From Camelus ferus (taxonomy: Eukaryota), in NCBI RefSeq assembly GCF_009834535.1, contig NC_045697.1, positions 89,716,001 through 89,780,000 of the forward strand: a stretch of 64,000 nt of DNA. Direction: 5' to 3'. The translations under genes were made by a program, and so were the position numbers. Each line of letters begins with the position of its first letter. The first letter of the stretch is position 1. The notes under the pieces were generated by a model. The model did not search any database. It saw only the letters and a program-made list of their open reading frames with translations, and was not told the DNA's origin. Shown here piece by piece: positions 1-11,955 of the stretch.

Positions 1-999
1 CCCGCTTCTTTTGGCTAATAATACTGAGCACATTTTTGTTATGAGGAAAGTGTATAAATATTCAGCTGTATATTATCAGTTAGTTTTTTTGGCTAAGTTT
101 TTTAGAACTAATGAGTCGCTTTGCCACAGGATTAGTAATAAAAGTAAATTGTCCTATGTCACGCCTTTCGTGGCTCTGATGTTGAAATGAACTTCACACT
201 TTCCTGATAACATAGAAATATGATTCTTACATACTTTTCACCTCATTCAGTGCCAAATGTTTACCTAAGACATCAAAGTATATATTTCTATAATAGAATG
301 CTGTTTTGTCTCAGTGCAAGAAAAATGAGATACAGAATTAGTTGATTTCAATTTGTTTTGTAAGCTTCACATAAAAGTTTAAAAATTAGTGTGCATTTTA
401 AATGTTAGAAGAATATTGAAAGACCCCTGTATCACCTTTTATAACCTCTATAATAGTTCAATAGTTTCATTGATTTTTCTCTACTTTATTATTAAAAAAT
501 GTTTAATTTTTTTTCTCCTTATTTGGTTTCTCTCAAGTGAAAATGTTTCTAAATAACCTCATATAATCTACTTTACTTCTTTGACTCTTTATACAAAACC
601 TGATGTTCACCCTTTCTTCAAATGTAAGTGAACTGTATTTCTGTCAGCATACCTAATGATTTTATCTATTAATTGGGTACAGGCATCCTCAGAGTTAAGT
701 TCTGAGTAAATCTGATAGCCAGTGAATCTAATTTTACTCTTATCTCTGAGCTCAAGCCAATTATATGACAGTATGCATTTCTCTGAAGACAGCATAAAGG
801 GAAGACTCCATATGGGGTAGTGCATTTATTGTGTCCACATGATCATGACCCAAGACTTGACTGAAAAATCACACTAATCAGAAAACTTGTCAACTTATCT
901 TTTTCTTCAGATCTTGCAGCATTATTGAGATCAGACTAAACAAAGAAAGGCGTTGTGCAAAACTCTAAGTTGTATTTCTTCACCTTACACTCGCTCGTT

Positions 1000-1300
1000 T
1001 TGTTCATTTACTAAATATTAATAGAGCATCATAAGCACCAGACACTGGACAAGATCCTGGGGACACGTGGGCCATGTTTCCTACTCTCTTGGAGTTTACA
1101 TTCCTGGCACCGCCATGTACGAACCAATCTTTGTGTTACTCTGTGTTACTTAACCTTTCTGCCTCACTTTCCCTATCCAAAATACGTGAATCATAATGGT
1201 ATATAGAACACCATTTTGTTCTGTAGTTGAGACAGTTAAATAATAATATACATGAAGCATTTTAGATAAAGGCTGGGCTGAGACTGTTAGCTCTTAGTAG
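1000..1300. mobile_element. Degraded L2 3' end (minus) followed by MIR fragment
   Basis: ttcatttactaaatatt...ttggagtttacattc resembles an antisense L2 tail; ttacttaaccttt-ctgcctcacttt-ccctatc resembles the MIR core. Confidence 0.5.
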
Positions 1301-1506
1301 TAGTATTAGCAAAATCATCTAAGAGAGAAATATAAGAAATATTTATTATAAATGCTGGTAGTGTTATAAGGGAGAAGAACAGCAGCGAAGGGAGATTATA
1401 ACAGGATGGTCTCATAAATAATAATTATGCAACTACAGATAATATGACTAAATATGTACAAGTGCAAGTGAGGACAGTATCTATGACAAAATAGTAAATG
1501 GCAATC

Positions 1507-1550
1507 TATTTGTAAATGAAAATATATTTGTAAATGAAAACATATCTGTA
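1507..1550. repeat. 18-bp tandem duplication (about 2.4 copies)
   Basis: tatttgtaaatgaaaata / tatttgtaaatgaaaaca / tatctgta. Confidence 0.85.
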
Positions 1551-2037
1551 GGTATATGCTAATTCATTCATAATTTTTTCTAGAGATTTATCTTTAATTT
1601 TTCTCTAACTATTTCTGGATAAAATGTCAAGAAGGAAGTCATTATAAGTCTCAGTGGGTTGGGAAAAAATGATCTGGTTTGAAATTACAAAATGGATAAA
1701 TGAATATATGAGGAAATACTAAGATGGCTGTTTCATAGCCATGTCTAAATAGCAACAAATCAGCCATAAAAGTTGCAGTCACATTCCGACCACTGCTAAT
1801 AACTTCACTTCTTTTAGGTACAATCACACCAAACAATCCAATGATCTAATTGTGTGGAAGAGTCCTTACATTTTTACTGAAGTATATTTGAAAGTGTATT
1901 TCTGTATTAATAATTAGAAAGGTATTAAATTCCACAAAGCATGCTGCCACCTTTTATATACTAAATGTTTAGTGAACATGTGAGTGAAAGGAAGGAAGTT
2001 ATACTTAAATCATTGTATTAATAATGAAATTAACACC

Positions 2038-2450
2038 TGTTGTTGAACTAACTTTCTAGGCCCAAAGTGGAGCTGCTCCCAGCCTGGTGCCACATCAGCA
2101 AACCCAAACATAGACGACTTTTGTGTCCCTGTAAATGCTCTGCATGACTAAAAACCCAGTATATACACCCAGTCAATCAATCCCCATTCGCAATGCCAAC
2201 TCTGGGCCTTCTCACCCCAAACAAGGATGACTATGTGGCCTCAGCCAATCTGATATATATAGATATAGATATAGATATAGATATAGATATAGATTTTAGT
2301 TTTCTCTTCCTTGTTCTTTATTCTTTATCCTATAAAAGCTTTCTACCTTCTGTCACATTTGGTGATTCTCTGAAAGGAGACTGTCCATTTCGTGAAGTGT
2401 TAAATGAAACTTGTTTGTATTACCCTGTCTTCTTTAGTCATTTTTCAACA
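2038..2450 (+). mobile_element. 5' LTR of a class I (ERV1, MER4-group-like) endogenous retrovirus
   Basis: Starts TG, ends CA (2449-2450); CCAAT box (~2245), TATAAAA (~2331); followed immediately by a PBS-like sequence and gag/pro remnants. Confidence 0.75.
2253..2293. repeat. (GATATA)n microsatellite inside the LTR
   Basis: atatatatagatatagatatagatatagatatagatatagat; explains the IDIDID run in ORF 2193..2465. Confidence 0.95.
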
Positions 2451-4610
2451 TTTTTTGGGAGATGAGGAATGCGATCTGAAGCTGCCTGCTAATGGCCTAC
2501 AAGACAAGGAGCACAGGGAAGTGCCCACTGAATCCTTGGAGCTCACTATTCCTCTTGTCATTACCAAGAGGCTGCAGCTAAGGCACGGATTTGAGCTTTA
2601 CTCCCTCATGTGCAGCTCTCCTACCAAAAAGAAACTTTATATATGTGGTTCCCAGAAAGCTTCCAGGGCTTGTTAAAGTTCCCAAGAGATTCTGGGGTCA
2701 CAGAAAAATTCTGAGATGGTTATGCTGAGAGTCCACAACAGGCAGCAGCCTTCAGGGAACTCACAAAACCTCAAGTTCACAGCATATGAACTTACAAAAA
2801 CTTACTTACTTACAAGAAATCTGGACTGTTTCGACCATAAGAATCAAAATCTATGTAGGCATAAATCAGACTATTAAAAACCATCAGTGTGTCCACCACT
2901 AAAAAGAAATCTTGTGAGAGGAATAATAGATCTGACGTTAATGGCAATCACAGAAGCCAAAGCTGCAAAATTGGTAGGCATAGGTCAAACAGTTAAAAGC
3001 ATTTAGAGTGCTGGATGCCTCACTCCAAGGCTCCTGAGGTATGATAACTTGGTTATTGAAGGAGTTAGACTGACACTAGGTCACCTGCCACCTCAAGAAA
3101 ATTTCCATGTAACAAGGTACACTGTACAACATCGTAAAATCCCCAACCCAGTGGACATCACTCTTAGGTATTATTTGGCTCCCAAAGAACCAAGGCTTAG
3201 CTAAATAAATGGGATCCTCGTGTTTCAAAGAATTGAGTCCACTACCTTCCAGCACATCTGCTTATTTTATGTCTGAGAACTGTGGTCCAGGAAGCTTGAG
3301 ATCTCAATCCACAAAAATGGCAAAATCTTACTAAGACAACCCAGAATTCAAGTGGACATTATGGGGAACGTTCCAGTTAGACAAGATCATTCATCTGAAG
3401 TCGTGTACTTGAAAGTAAGGGTTCCAAAATCAATCAAACAGAACATGATACCTATTTTATGTGACATGCAGAAGACTCCAGAATTCTCCAAAATTCCAAA
3501 ATAGCTTTATTGAAAGATTCATTGCAAAAGTCTTATGAAAAATTAAAGACACAAGAGGTATCTAAAAGAAAAGACTGAAAGGCTGAAGTCATGACTCTTA
3601 GCACGCCTCTCCATCCTACTTCACCTGAGTACTCAGTCTACAGAGAGTACTATTACAGAATAATCCTCTATCTGAAGTGCTTTTCAACTCCGAAAGTCTG
3701 CAAGCCCTTCAACAAAAGCCAAAGCTTCCCACACCAACACAAATGCCCCCTAGCTTCCCTCAAAGGAGGGCCTCCATTTGAGCCCTTCCCAGGGGTGACG
3801 GGACTCTGACGGATCCTGTGGTAAACTGCTCCGTTATTCCCTCAAACAGCTAGAGAGAAACTGAAATTAAAATTAATGGAAAACCTTGACGAATTCTAGT
3901 AGATACCAGGGCTGTCCTCTCTACTTTCAACTCACTTGCTCTGGAGCTTGATGACAGGATCCTGGGAAGAACAGCAGAAGCCAGTGAAGGCTGGGAGTTC
4001 TTCACAGAGTCAGCTCTTCCGGATCCCTGGGGTGCCCAGTCGAAAGAGAAGGAGGTCAAATTTCATGTTGTCTCACATCGGTTATTGATCCTTTACTCTC
4101 CCAGGGACAGTTATTGCCTTCTTGTTGGTCTCAATTTGTGAGAACTTGGCTTGGCTTTCTGCCAGCCTGGTACAAGCAGGTTGTTGGTTCTCACATTTGC
4201 AGGCAACTCAACTATCAGGTTGGGGGCCCAAATGTACGGCCATAAAGAAGTATGGGTTGCACCCGTTTCCATCTAGATATGGCTGGACAGAAATGGAGAG
4301 GGCACTTCATTTGTACCTAGGATCCCACAGACTGTGCCAGCTCTCAGGTGAATGGTCTGAACCTTTCTTTCTTTTGGTTATGTTTGGCTCTGGATCCTGG
4401 GAGAGTAGTATCTTTTCCATCCTCTTTGGGGCACCTCTTGGGTCCAGAAGGTCATTCCGTACTGCCAGGAATACTTGCTGTTTGTCCCAGCTGAAACCTT
4501 TTTCTTTCTTTCTATTTTAAGCTCCATGGTCAGAAGTTGGCCAAATTGGAAGCTGATATTCAAAGCCTGATAGGAATTTTTTTTTTTAGGCCTTCTTTCC
4601 TAAGCTAAAT
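2451..4610 (+). mobile_element. Degraded ERV1 internal region: PBS, leader, gag matrix remnant, protease remnant, further leader-like sequence
   Basis: PBS-like tgggagatgaggaatgcgat (2456-2475) resembles TGGCGACGAGGATGGGAT (tRNA-Ser GCT); ~3351 translates KWTLWGTFQLDKIIHLK (gag MA-like); ~3878-3931 translates GKP*RILVDTRAVLSTFN (retroviral protease LVDTGA motif, mutated). Confidence 0.75.
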
Positions 4611-4899
4611 GAAACTATGAAGCCAAAGCAAAAGAAAAACATTCCATTCAACCTTACTGATTGTCATCTTGAATATATTACTGAAACAGTTTTGCTAAAG
4701 TCTTTTATCAAGTGGGTTTCTCACTTTCTTTTTTTATTTCTGTCAATGTTTTGCCTAATAGGTGTTGAAGGTATAGTACTATGTGAATATAATTTAAGAA
4801 TTAATGTATTTTTTAATGGTAGCCACATTCATCTGGATATGCACATTTAACTTACAGACTAAAGCTCATCTAGAGGTTTCCTTCTCTTAAGCAAGAGAA

Positions 4900-5790
4900 G
4901 ACATTACAACCTTTAATTCTGTTATCCTCTTGTACAATGATGGGAGTAATCGCTGTACAAGCGTTTAGGTTTACCTTGGTTTTATATCTGTTGTACAGGA
5001 TTTTTGGTTTACTTTGATTTTTACCTCTATGAAATGTATTTATATACACATTTAATATTTGTTAGATTTGTCTACAAGTGCTTTTAATTTTTAAAATTTT
5101 CACTTAGAAATCCCTTTAATTGAGTTTGTTAATGTGAGTTTTTTTCATCTTCTTAGATACATATATATTTAAATATATGAAGTATCTAGATTGACACTTT
5201 GCTCTTTGAAGATATCATTTCATTACATGTTCTTTTGTTGCTGTTAAGAAGTAAAGAATATGCAGATAATCTGCCTGATCTCTCTTAGTATTTTTTTTTA
5301 TCTTTAGCCTTTATAGATACAAACATCGTTAATAGTTTGTATATTATTGATGGTTTACTTTAATTAACACAGTTTGGGAAATGTTGCAGTTGCTGGTTAA
5401 AATGGACTGGGGTCATTTCACTGGATTCCAGAAATTGCCTAATCATTATTTCTTCCAAGTGCCTCTACCCCATTTTCTTTATTCTCTTCTTCTGAAATTT
5501 AGAATAGTATACACAGGAACTTCTCAGCTGCTACCTATGTCTCTTGAATTCTTTATTTTTTCCATTCTTCTTTCTCTGTGCTGTATTCTCAGTATTTCAT
5601 TCAGTTGATTCTTCTAGTTCTTGAACTTTGTTTTATATCTAATAAACTATAAATAGCAGTTATATCTGCTATTTAACTCATGTATTCTTATCAATTACTA
5701 TATATTTTTCACTCCAAGAATTTTAACTGGTTTCTTTTCACATATGCCTGGCTGATTTTTAATGTTTTTATCCTCTCTATTGTTTTTACT
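4900..5790 (-). mobile_element. Old LINE-1 (L1M-type) ORF1-region fragment
   Basis: T-rich antisense L1 signature, e.g. ttttttccattcttctttctctgtgctgtattc...cttctagttc...ttttaactggtttctttt. Confidence 0.55.
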
Positions 5791-5814
5791 TTTTGTAATA
5801 ATTTTTGAAGTGGC

Positions 5815-6220
5815 TGTTTATGCGTACCACCCAGAACTAGTTGAAGAAAACCCATTGCAGGAAGCAGTTCTGCCACTGCCACTGCCCCTGTGGATTCTCT
5901 AGAGCATTCACATTAAAGACACATTTCCTTATTCACTCTCACAAATGACAAACACAGTGGGGTTGCTGTAGAGACAGCCCATCATTGTTCTATGTAGGAC
6001 TCTTCCAATGGGTGGATCCCCAAAGGACTGGCAGAGAGTTCCTTACAAATTTGCTGTAATGTAAGACTTTTCCTATTCAATTCTTCCTTCCCTTTCTCTT
6101 TCATAGGAATCAGACATGCCTCTCCATCTCCCCTTCCTTTATCCATCATTAGCATTTCCTCCCATATATATCTTGTATGTCTAATTCTGATCTGGCATTT
6201 GAGTCACAAAAGACACTGAT
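5815..6220 (+). mobile_element. LTR16-like (ERVL) solo LTR
   Basis: 3' part ttccttccctttctctttcataggaatcagac...cttgtatgtctaattctgatctggc resembles the recalled LTR16 R/U5. Confidence 0.6.
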
Positions 6221-6379
6221 AATTATAGTATTTGAAGCCTTTGCGAAAATCAAATTCTGCAATATATAGTTATTCTCACTTAATTTGGCTTGTTTCTTCC
6301 TGTGTTTACTGTGTTTATTACTTTTTAATTACAATTTTGGGTTTCATTCTTGCCTTGAACAACTGTGCATTAAATACCC

Positions 6380-6600
6380 ATTTTGAGACAAGCATTGTTC
6401 CAGAACACATCAGTAAACAGACAAAACAAAACAAAAATCCATGTCTGGAACTTTTATTATAATGGGTAGGGGTGGTGGAGAAACAAATAATGAAATATAA
6501 TAAAATTCTGTAGTATGTTAAGTGCAATACATTCTGCAGCAAAAACAAAGAACAGAGTAAGGATAATCAGAATTGCAAAGGAAGAGGAAGAATTGAATTA
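6380..6600 (-). mobile_element. L2 fragment (continues at 7620-7866; interrupted by an L1)
   Basis: Purine-rich antisense L2 3' region (aaatccatgtctggaactt...gagaaacaaataat). Confidence 0.55.
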
Positions 6601-6604
6601 CAAT

Positions 6605-7614
6605 TTTTAAAATTATGGTAAAAAGCACATGACATACAATTTGCCATCTTAACTATTCTAAGTGCACAGTTTAGTAGTGTTAACTATGTTCACACTGTTG
6701 TTTAACGGATCTCTAGAATTTTGTCATTTTACAGAATTGAAACTTTATACCCATTGAACCACTCCCCATTTTCCCCTTCACCTCAGTCGCTGGCAACCAT
6801 TCTATTTTGTTTTTGAGTTTGACTACTTTTAATATCACATAAGTGAAATTATGCAATATTTGTCTTTTGTGATTGTTTTATTTCATTTAGCATAATGTCC
6901 TAAAGTTTCATCACTATTGTAGCATGTGATAGGATTTCTTTATTTTTTTTTTAAGGTTGAATAACATTTTGCTGTATATATGCCACATTTTGTTTATCCA
7001 TTCTTCCATCAGTTTACATTTGGGTTGCTTCTACTTCATGGCTATTGTGAATAATGATGCAGTGAACACGGCTGTATAAATATCTCTCTGAGATCCTGCT
7101 TTCTATTCTTTTGGGACTATGTTAAACTTAAAAACTTTTGTGTATCAAGGAAGCAATCAGAGTGAGAGGCAACTTATATAACAGGAGAACATCTTTGCAA
7201 ATATCTAATGAGTTAATATACAGAATATATAAAGAACTCCTACAACTCAACAGCAAAAAAACTCCCAAGCAACCCAGTTTAAAAATGGGCAAAATCCTTG
7301 AATAGACATATCTTGAAAGAAAATATACAAATGGACAATAAGTATATGAAAAGATGCTCAACATCACTAATCATTAGAGAAATATAAATCAAAACTACAA
7401 TAAGATATCACCTCATGACATTTAAGATAACCATTATAAAAAAATTTAAACAAAAAAAACCCCAGAAAATAACATGTTGGCAAGAATAGGGAGAAATATG
7501 GAATCCCTATTTGTGGGACTGTAAAATGTTGCAACCTATATGGAAAACAGTATGGTGGTTCCTCAACTAATTAAAAATAGAATCACCATGTGGTCTAGCA
7601 ATCCCACTTCTGGG
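6605..7614 (-). mobile_element. 5'-truncated, 5'-inverted LINE-1 (L1MA/MB-type 3' end)
   Basis: 6605-7115 is antisense L1 3'UTR/ORF2 end; 7112-7614 is sense ORF2 3' region; TSD-like ttacaatttttaa (6598-6610) / ttgcaattttaa (7615-7626). Confidence 0.88.
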
Positions 7615-7619
7615 TTGCA

Positions 7620-7866
7620 ATTTTAAGTAGAGTGGATAAACAGATTTCATTAAGTAGGTGACAATTAGACAACAACTTCAGGTTGGTTAAAGAATCAGCT
7701 ATAATGTTATCTAGAGAAAGAGTATTTTACTAGAAGGAACAGCTAGTAATAGGTACTAAGATAAGATATGCTTAGAGTCTATGAAAACCTGCCAGAAGAC
7801 AGAGTAGTTGGAAAGAGTGAGCTAGAGGGTAAGAATAGCAGGAGGCGAGCTCAGAAAAGGAACTGG
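7620..7866 (-). mobile_element. L2 fragment
   Basis: aggtgacaattagac...agaaggaacagc...agtagttggaaagagtgagctagaggg...gagctcagaaaagg, typical antisense L2. Confidence 0.65.
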
Positions 7867-9155
7867 CACACAGATCAGTGGAACAGAACTGAGAACCCAG
7901 AAGTAAACCCACACATGTATGGACAATTAATTTATGACAAACAAGAACATACAATGGAGAAAGGATAGTCTCTTCTACAAACAGTATTAGGAAAACTAGA
8001 CAGCCACATGCAAAATGATGAAACTAGACCACTATCTCAAACCATACTCAAAAACCAACTTGAAAAGGATTAAAGACTCAAATGTAAGCCCCGAAACCAT
8101 AAAACTCCTAGAAGAAAACTTAGACCTTAGCGATACCTTTCTGGACATATCTCCTCAGGTAAGGGAAGTGAAATAAAAAAGAAACAAATGGGACTATATC
8201 AAACTAAAAAGCTTCTGTACAGCAAAGGAAGCCACCAACAAAATGAAAAGACAACCTACTGAATAGAAGCTATTAAATTATATATCTCATAAGGGGTTAA
8301 TATCCAAAAAATATAAAGAACTCATACAACTCAACAATAACAGAAAAAAAAACCCAATTTAAAAATGGGGAGGATAAAAATATTTTTAAAAAGGGCAGAG
8401 GACCTTAATAAATATTTTTCCAAAGTAGACATACAGATGGCCAACAGGAATATGAAAAGATGTTCAATATCACTGATTATCTGGGAAATGCAAATCAAAA
8501 CCACAAGGATATATCACCCACGCCCATTAGAATGGTTATGATCAAAAAGAGCAAGAGCAAGAAATGTGCTGAAGAAAATGTGAATAAAAGGAAACCCTTG
8601 TGCGCTGTTGGTGGGAATGTAAACTGGTACAGCCACTATAGAAAACAGTATTAAGATTCCTCAAAAAATCAAGAATAGAAGTAACATGATCAAGAAATTC
8701 CACTTCTGAGTATTTATCTAATTAAAACAAAAACAGTACTTCAAAAGATGCACACATCCTTATGTTCATCTCAGTATTATTTACAATAACCAAGATGTGG
8801 GAATAACCTAAGTGCCCCAAGACAGATGGAAAGATAAAGAAGACATGTTATCTAAACACACACACACAAACACACACAGGAATACTACTCAGCCATAAAA
8901 AGATGAAATCTTGCCATTAGTGAAACATAGATGGACCTTGAGGATATTATGCTAGGTGAAATAACTCAGGCAGAGAAAGATACATATATTATGATTGTAC
9001 TTACATGTGGAAAGTTTTAAAAAATTAAAATTAAAATCAAATGAATACACCAAACCAAAGCAAACACATAGATACAGAGAATAAAGCAGTGGTTACCAGT
9101 GGGGAAGGGCGTGCAGGGAAGGTGAAATAGGTAAGGAGGTTAACTGTATGGTGGT
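7867..9155 (+). mobile_element. 5'-truncated LINE-1 (ORF2 C-terminus plus partial 3'UTR)
   Basis: Translates [25 protein letters not shown] (ORF2); canonical aaaagcttctgtacagcaaagg and tactactcagccataaaaa; multiple stops and frameshifts. Confidence 0.93.
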
Positions 9156-9167
9156 GAGTTTCCTTTT

Positions 9168-9545
9168 ATGTTGAGTAATGTTCCCTCAAAATTCACGTCC
9201 ACCTGGACACTCAAAATGTGACCTTATTTCTAAATAGGGTCTTTGCAGATTTGACTAATTAAGGATCTCAGGATTAAATCATCCTGGATTTAGGAGTAGG
9301 CCCTAAATCCAATGACTGGTGTCCTTCTAAGAAGAAGAGACAGAGAAGACAGTCATGTGAAGATGGAGGCAGAGATGGAGTTCTGTTCTCATAAGCCAAG
9401 GAAGGACTGGGGCCACCAGAAACTACAAGAGGCAAAGGATTCTTTCCTAGATCCTTCAGAGGGAGCATGGCCCTGCTGACACCTGGATTTCAAACTTCTA
9501 AGTCTCCAGAACTGGAAGGAAATACATTTCTATTGTTTCAAGCCA
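9168..9545 (+). mobile_element. MLT1 (MaLR; MLT1C-like) LTR lacking its U5 end
   Basis: aatgtgaccttattt-aaatagggtctttgcagat, ccctaaatccaatgactggtgtcctt, ccttcagagggagcatggccctgctgacacc, aatacatttctattgtttcaagcca, then an A-rich tail. Confidence 0.9.
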
Positions 9546-10098
9546 AATGAAAAAGAAAAAGAAAAGCAACTAGTAGTGCAAGGATAAGGTTAAGGTGGAT
9601 AACTGATGTTTCTTTGAGACCTATTTATAGTGCAATCTTTAACACAGTTTCTCTGTTGCCTCTTAAGAGCTGTATCAGACAACTTGAACTGAATATTTGC
9701 TTGAGGTTTCCTGGAATTCAGGTACAGGTGCACAATCTTCACTTCTTTTTTACCTTCCTCACTGTAATTATCCATGCTTTCTTTTTGATTAAGTAAATAA
9801 TCCTGTCCCAGAGCCCACTGTAGATGTTACAACAAATAGGATAATCGTGCCTTCTTATCTCTATAAACTCCTGAAATTCTGAAAATCAATGTATCTGACT
9901 CCAAGGGTTTCAAGTAAGAAGTTAGGGATCTATGCTTAGTCTGACATTTTTCCTCTCACTCTGGGGTTGAAATGAAAGTTGACAAAGAGAAGTTTATCCT
10001 TTAAGATTTCCACAAACCTCAGCTTATACACAACATATTTTTAAGTTCATCTGGATATACACTGCATTAATTTAAATAATAAAACCGACTTAAATTCC

Positions 10099-10142
10099 AT
10101 ATATATATATATATATACACACATACACACACACACACACAC
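10099..10142. repeat. (TA)n(CA)n compound microsatellite
   Basis: Direct reading. Confidence 0.95.
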
Positions 10143-11599
10143 TAAAATATTTGGCTAATAATGTTTACACTAATAATATTGATTCTTGCCAGACCCAGTC
10201 TCACCCCTACTCAAGGGCAAGAATTTGTGTTCCACTCAGTCACTGACCCAGCAAGGAAATAAATCAAGAAATCTGTCCTCTTCAGTGGCTGGGACTTGAA
10301 CCTGTTTCTGGAGGTCAGACTAGAGCCAGAATCATTAATAAGTCCACAGCTCTACAAAGCTTTCTTTAGGGTTCCCGCCTCCTTCCCAAGTTTTATGACT
10401 GCTCCTCCACCTGGTTTCCTAGAAATACATTCCAGCCCCGTTCCCCCCGCCCCCGCCCCAGGTCTGACCTCCATTCACCCACTGGGGCTGGATCTTCTGA
10501 GTAACATCCAGCCTCTCTGTGAGCCTGAAAGTTTCCCAGATGCTGCACATTCCCTTGCCTCCCAACTTGGATCCTTCCCTGCATAATCTACTTGGATCTT
10601 TCTCCAATGAGATCACTAAGAACTGTGCTGCCGACCACCACATTAATTATTCCACTTTTGCTCAGACTTCTACTTTGATGCCCTCTAACCTGCTCAGATA
10701 TCCTTGGGAATACATACCAGTTCAGACTGCACTTGGGGACTTAGGGCTAACCCCACCATAAAAAAGTGTTCTTAAATTTTAAGTTTTCCCTATTCCTAGT
10801 TTTCTTCCTTTCTCACAACTTTTGGAGATCCAGTATTCCTTTGCCCTAAAGTAACACGGGTTTTGACTTAACACACATTCCCAAATAAGATCTGGGAGTT
10901 AAGATTCAAAGCCTCTCAGCCAATATACATCATTTTCTCTCTGTTTAAATATTTTTAAATCTCTAATGGGAATGAGGTTTCCACTATTAGATTAATACAA
11001 CATATGGGTCTTAGTGATCCAGTAAAGGCCAAAAAAACATAGGGATGGGTCTGACAGACCTGAAGTTATTTTATGGCAAATTTTACAAAATGTCATATTA
11101 AAATAAGGTTAAACTTGATATCTGTCTCTTTAACCTATGTTAACTCATTGCAAATACTAATGAATTTGTGAAGCAAAGTATTAAAAAATTTCACTAAATA
11201 CATTGCGAAGTTTAGGTAATGAAGATACCAGTCATGTTATAAGAATACTCTGTATGGGGAGGGTAGACTAGACAACCCGAATAAATTCATTTCAATATCC
11301 AACAGCATTTTCAACATAACCTTTCATTTATTTGTCCTTGTCTTTGTCTTACTGAGCAGTTTAAGGTTTCAGAGAAACCAGATTATTAAACTGATTCTAA
11401 TCTGATTAAGAATGTAGTTAGAACCACAGTAGAATTGTCTACGATCACTGTTGAGGATATACTGTTGCTATTTACTTAAGTGAATACGTAGGAGTCAGTT
11501 GGCCTGTATCAGGGGCCGTGCCTATCTAAGAATGTATTACCAAATCACTTGAAAATATTCAACAGAGCTTTAAAAAAATTCCTTGTTGACGAATAGAAA

Positions 11600-11955
11600 T
11601 ACCAACAGCTGACACATGTGAGCACCGTGTGTGAAGCATGATCACTGCAGTTAACATTTAATCCTAGTGAAAAAGATACTTGGACATAAAGATATGAAAT
11701 TAGTAAGTCAAAACCCCCCAACAAGAATTGATGAAATGGAAACTTGATTCAGGTTTCTGGAAACAGGATACTGTAGAAGTTAAGCTTATGGGTTTTGGAA
11801 TCAGGTTAGGTAATTTCAAATCCTAGCATTAATACTGCATTAGTATTATTGAATAAGTTACCAGGTTCATTAAATGTAAATTAGAGAAATAAGAATCTAC
11901 ACCACAAGGTCCTTTGAAAGTGACATATATAAAGTAAGCATTCAATAAGATGGTT
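11600..11955. mobile_element. Two degraded MIR fragments (minus then plus)
   Basis: gggttttggaatcagg...ttcaaatcctagc...tgtaaattagagaaataag...gtaagcattcaataa resembles MIR. Confidence 0.5.

Noticed and set aside
2193..2676. Two 90-aa ORFs including an IDIDID repeat
   Set aside because: They read through the LTR microsatellite and ERV leader; not coding.
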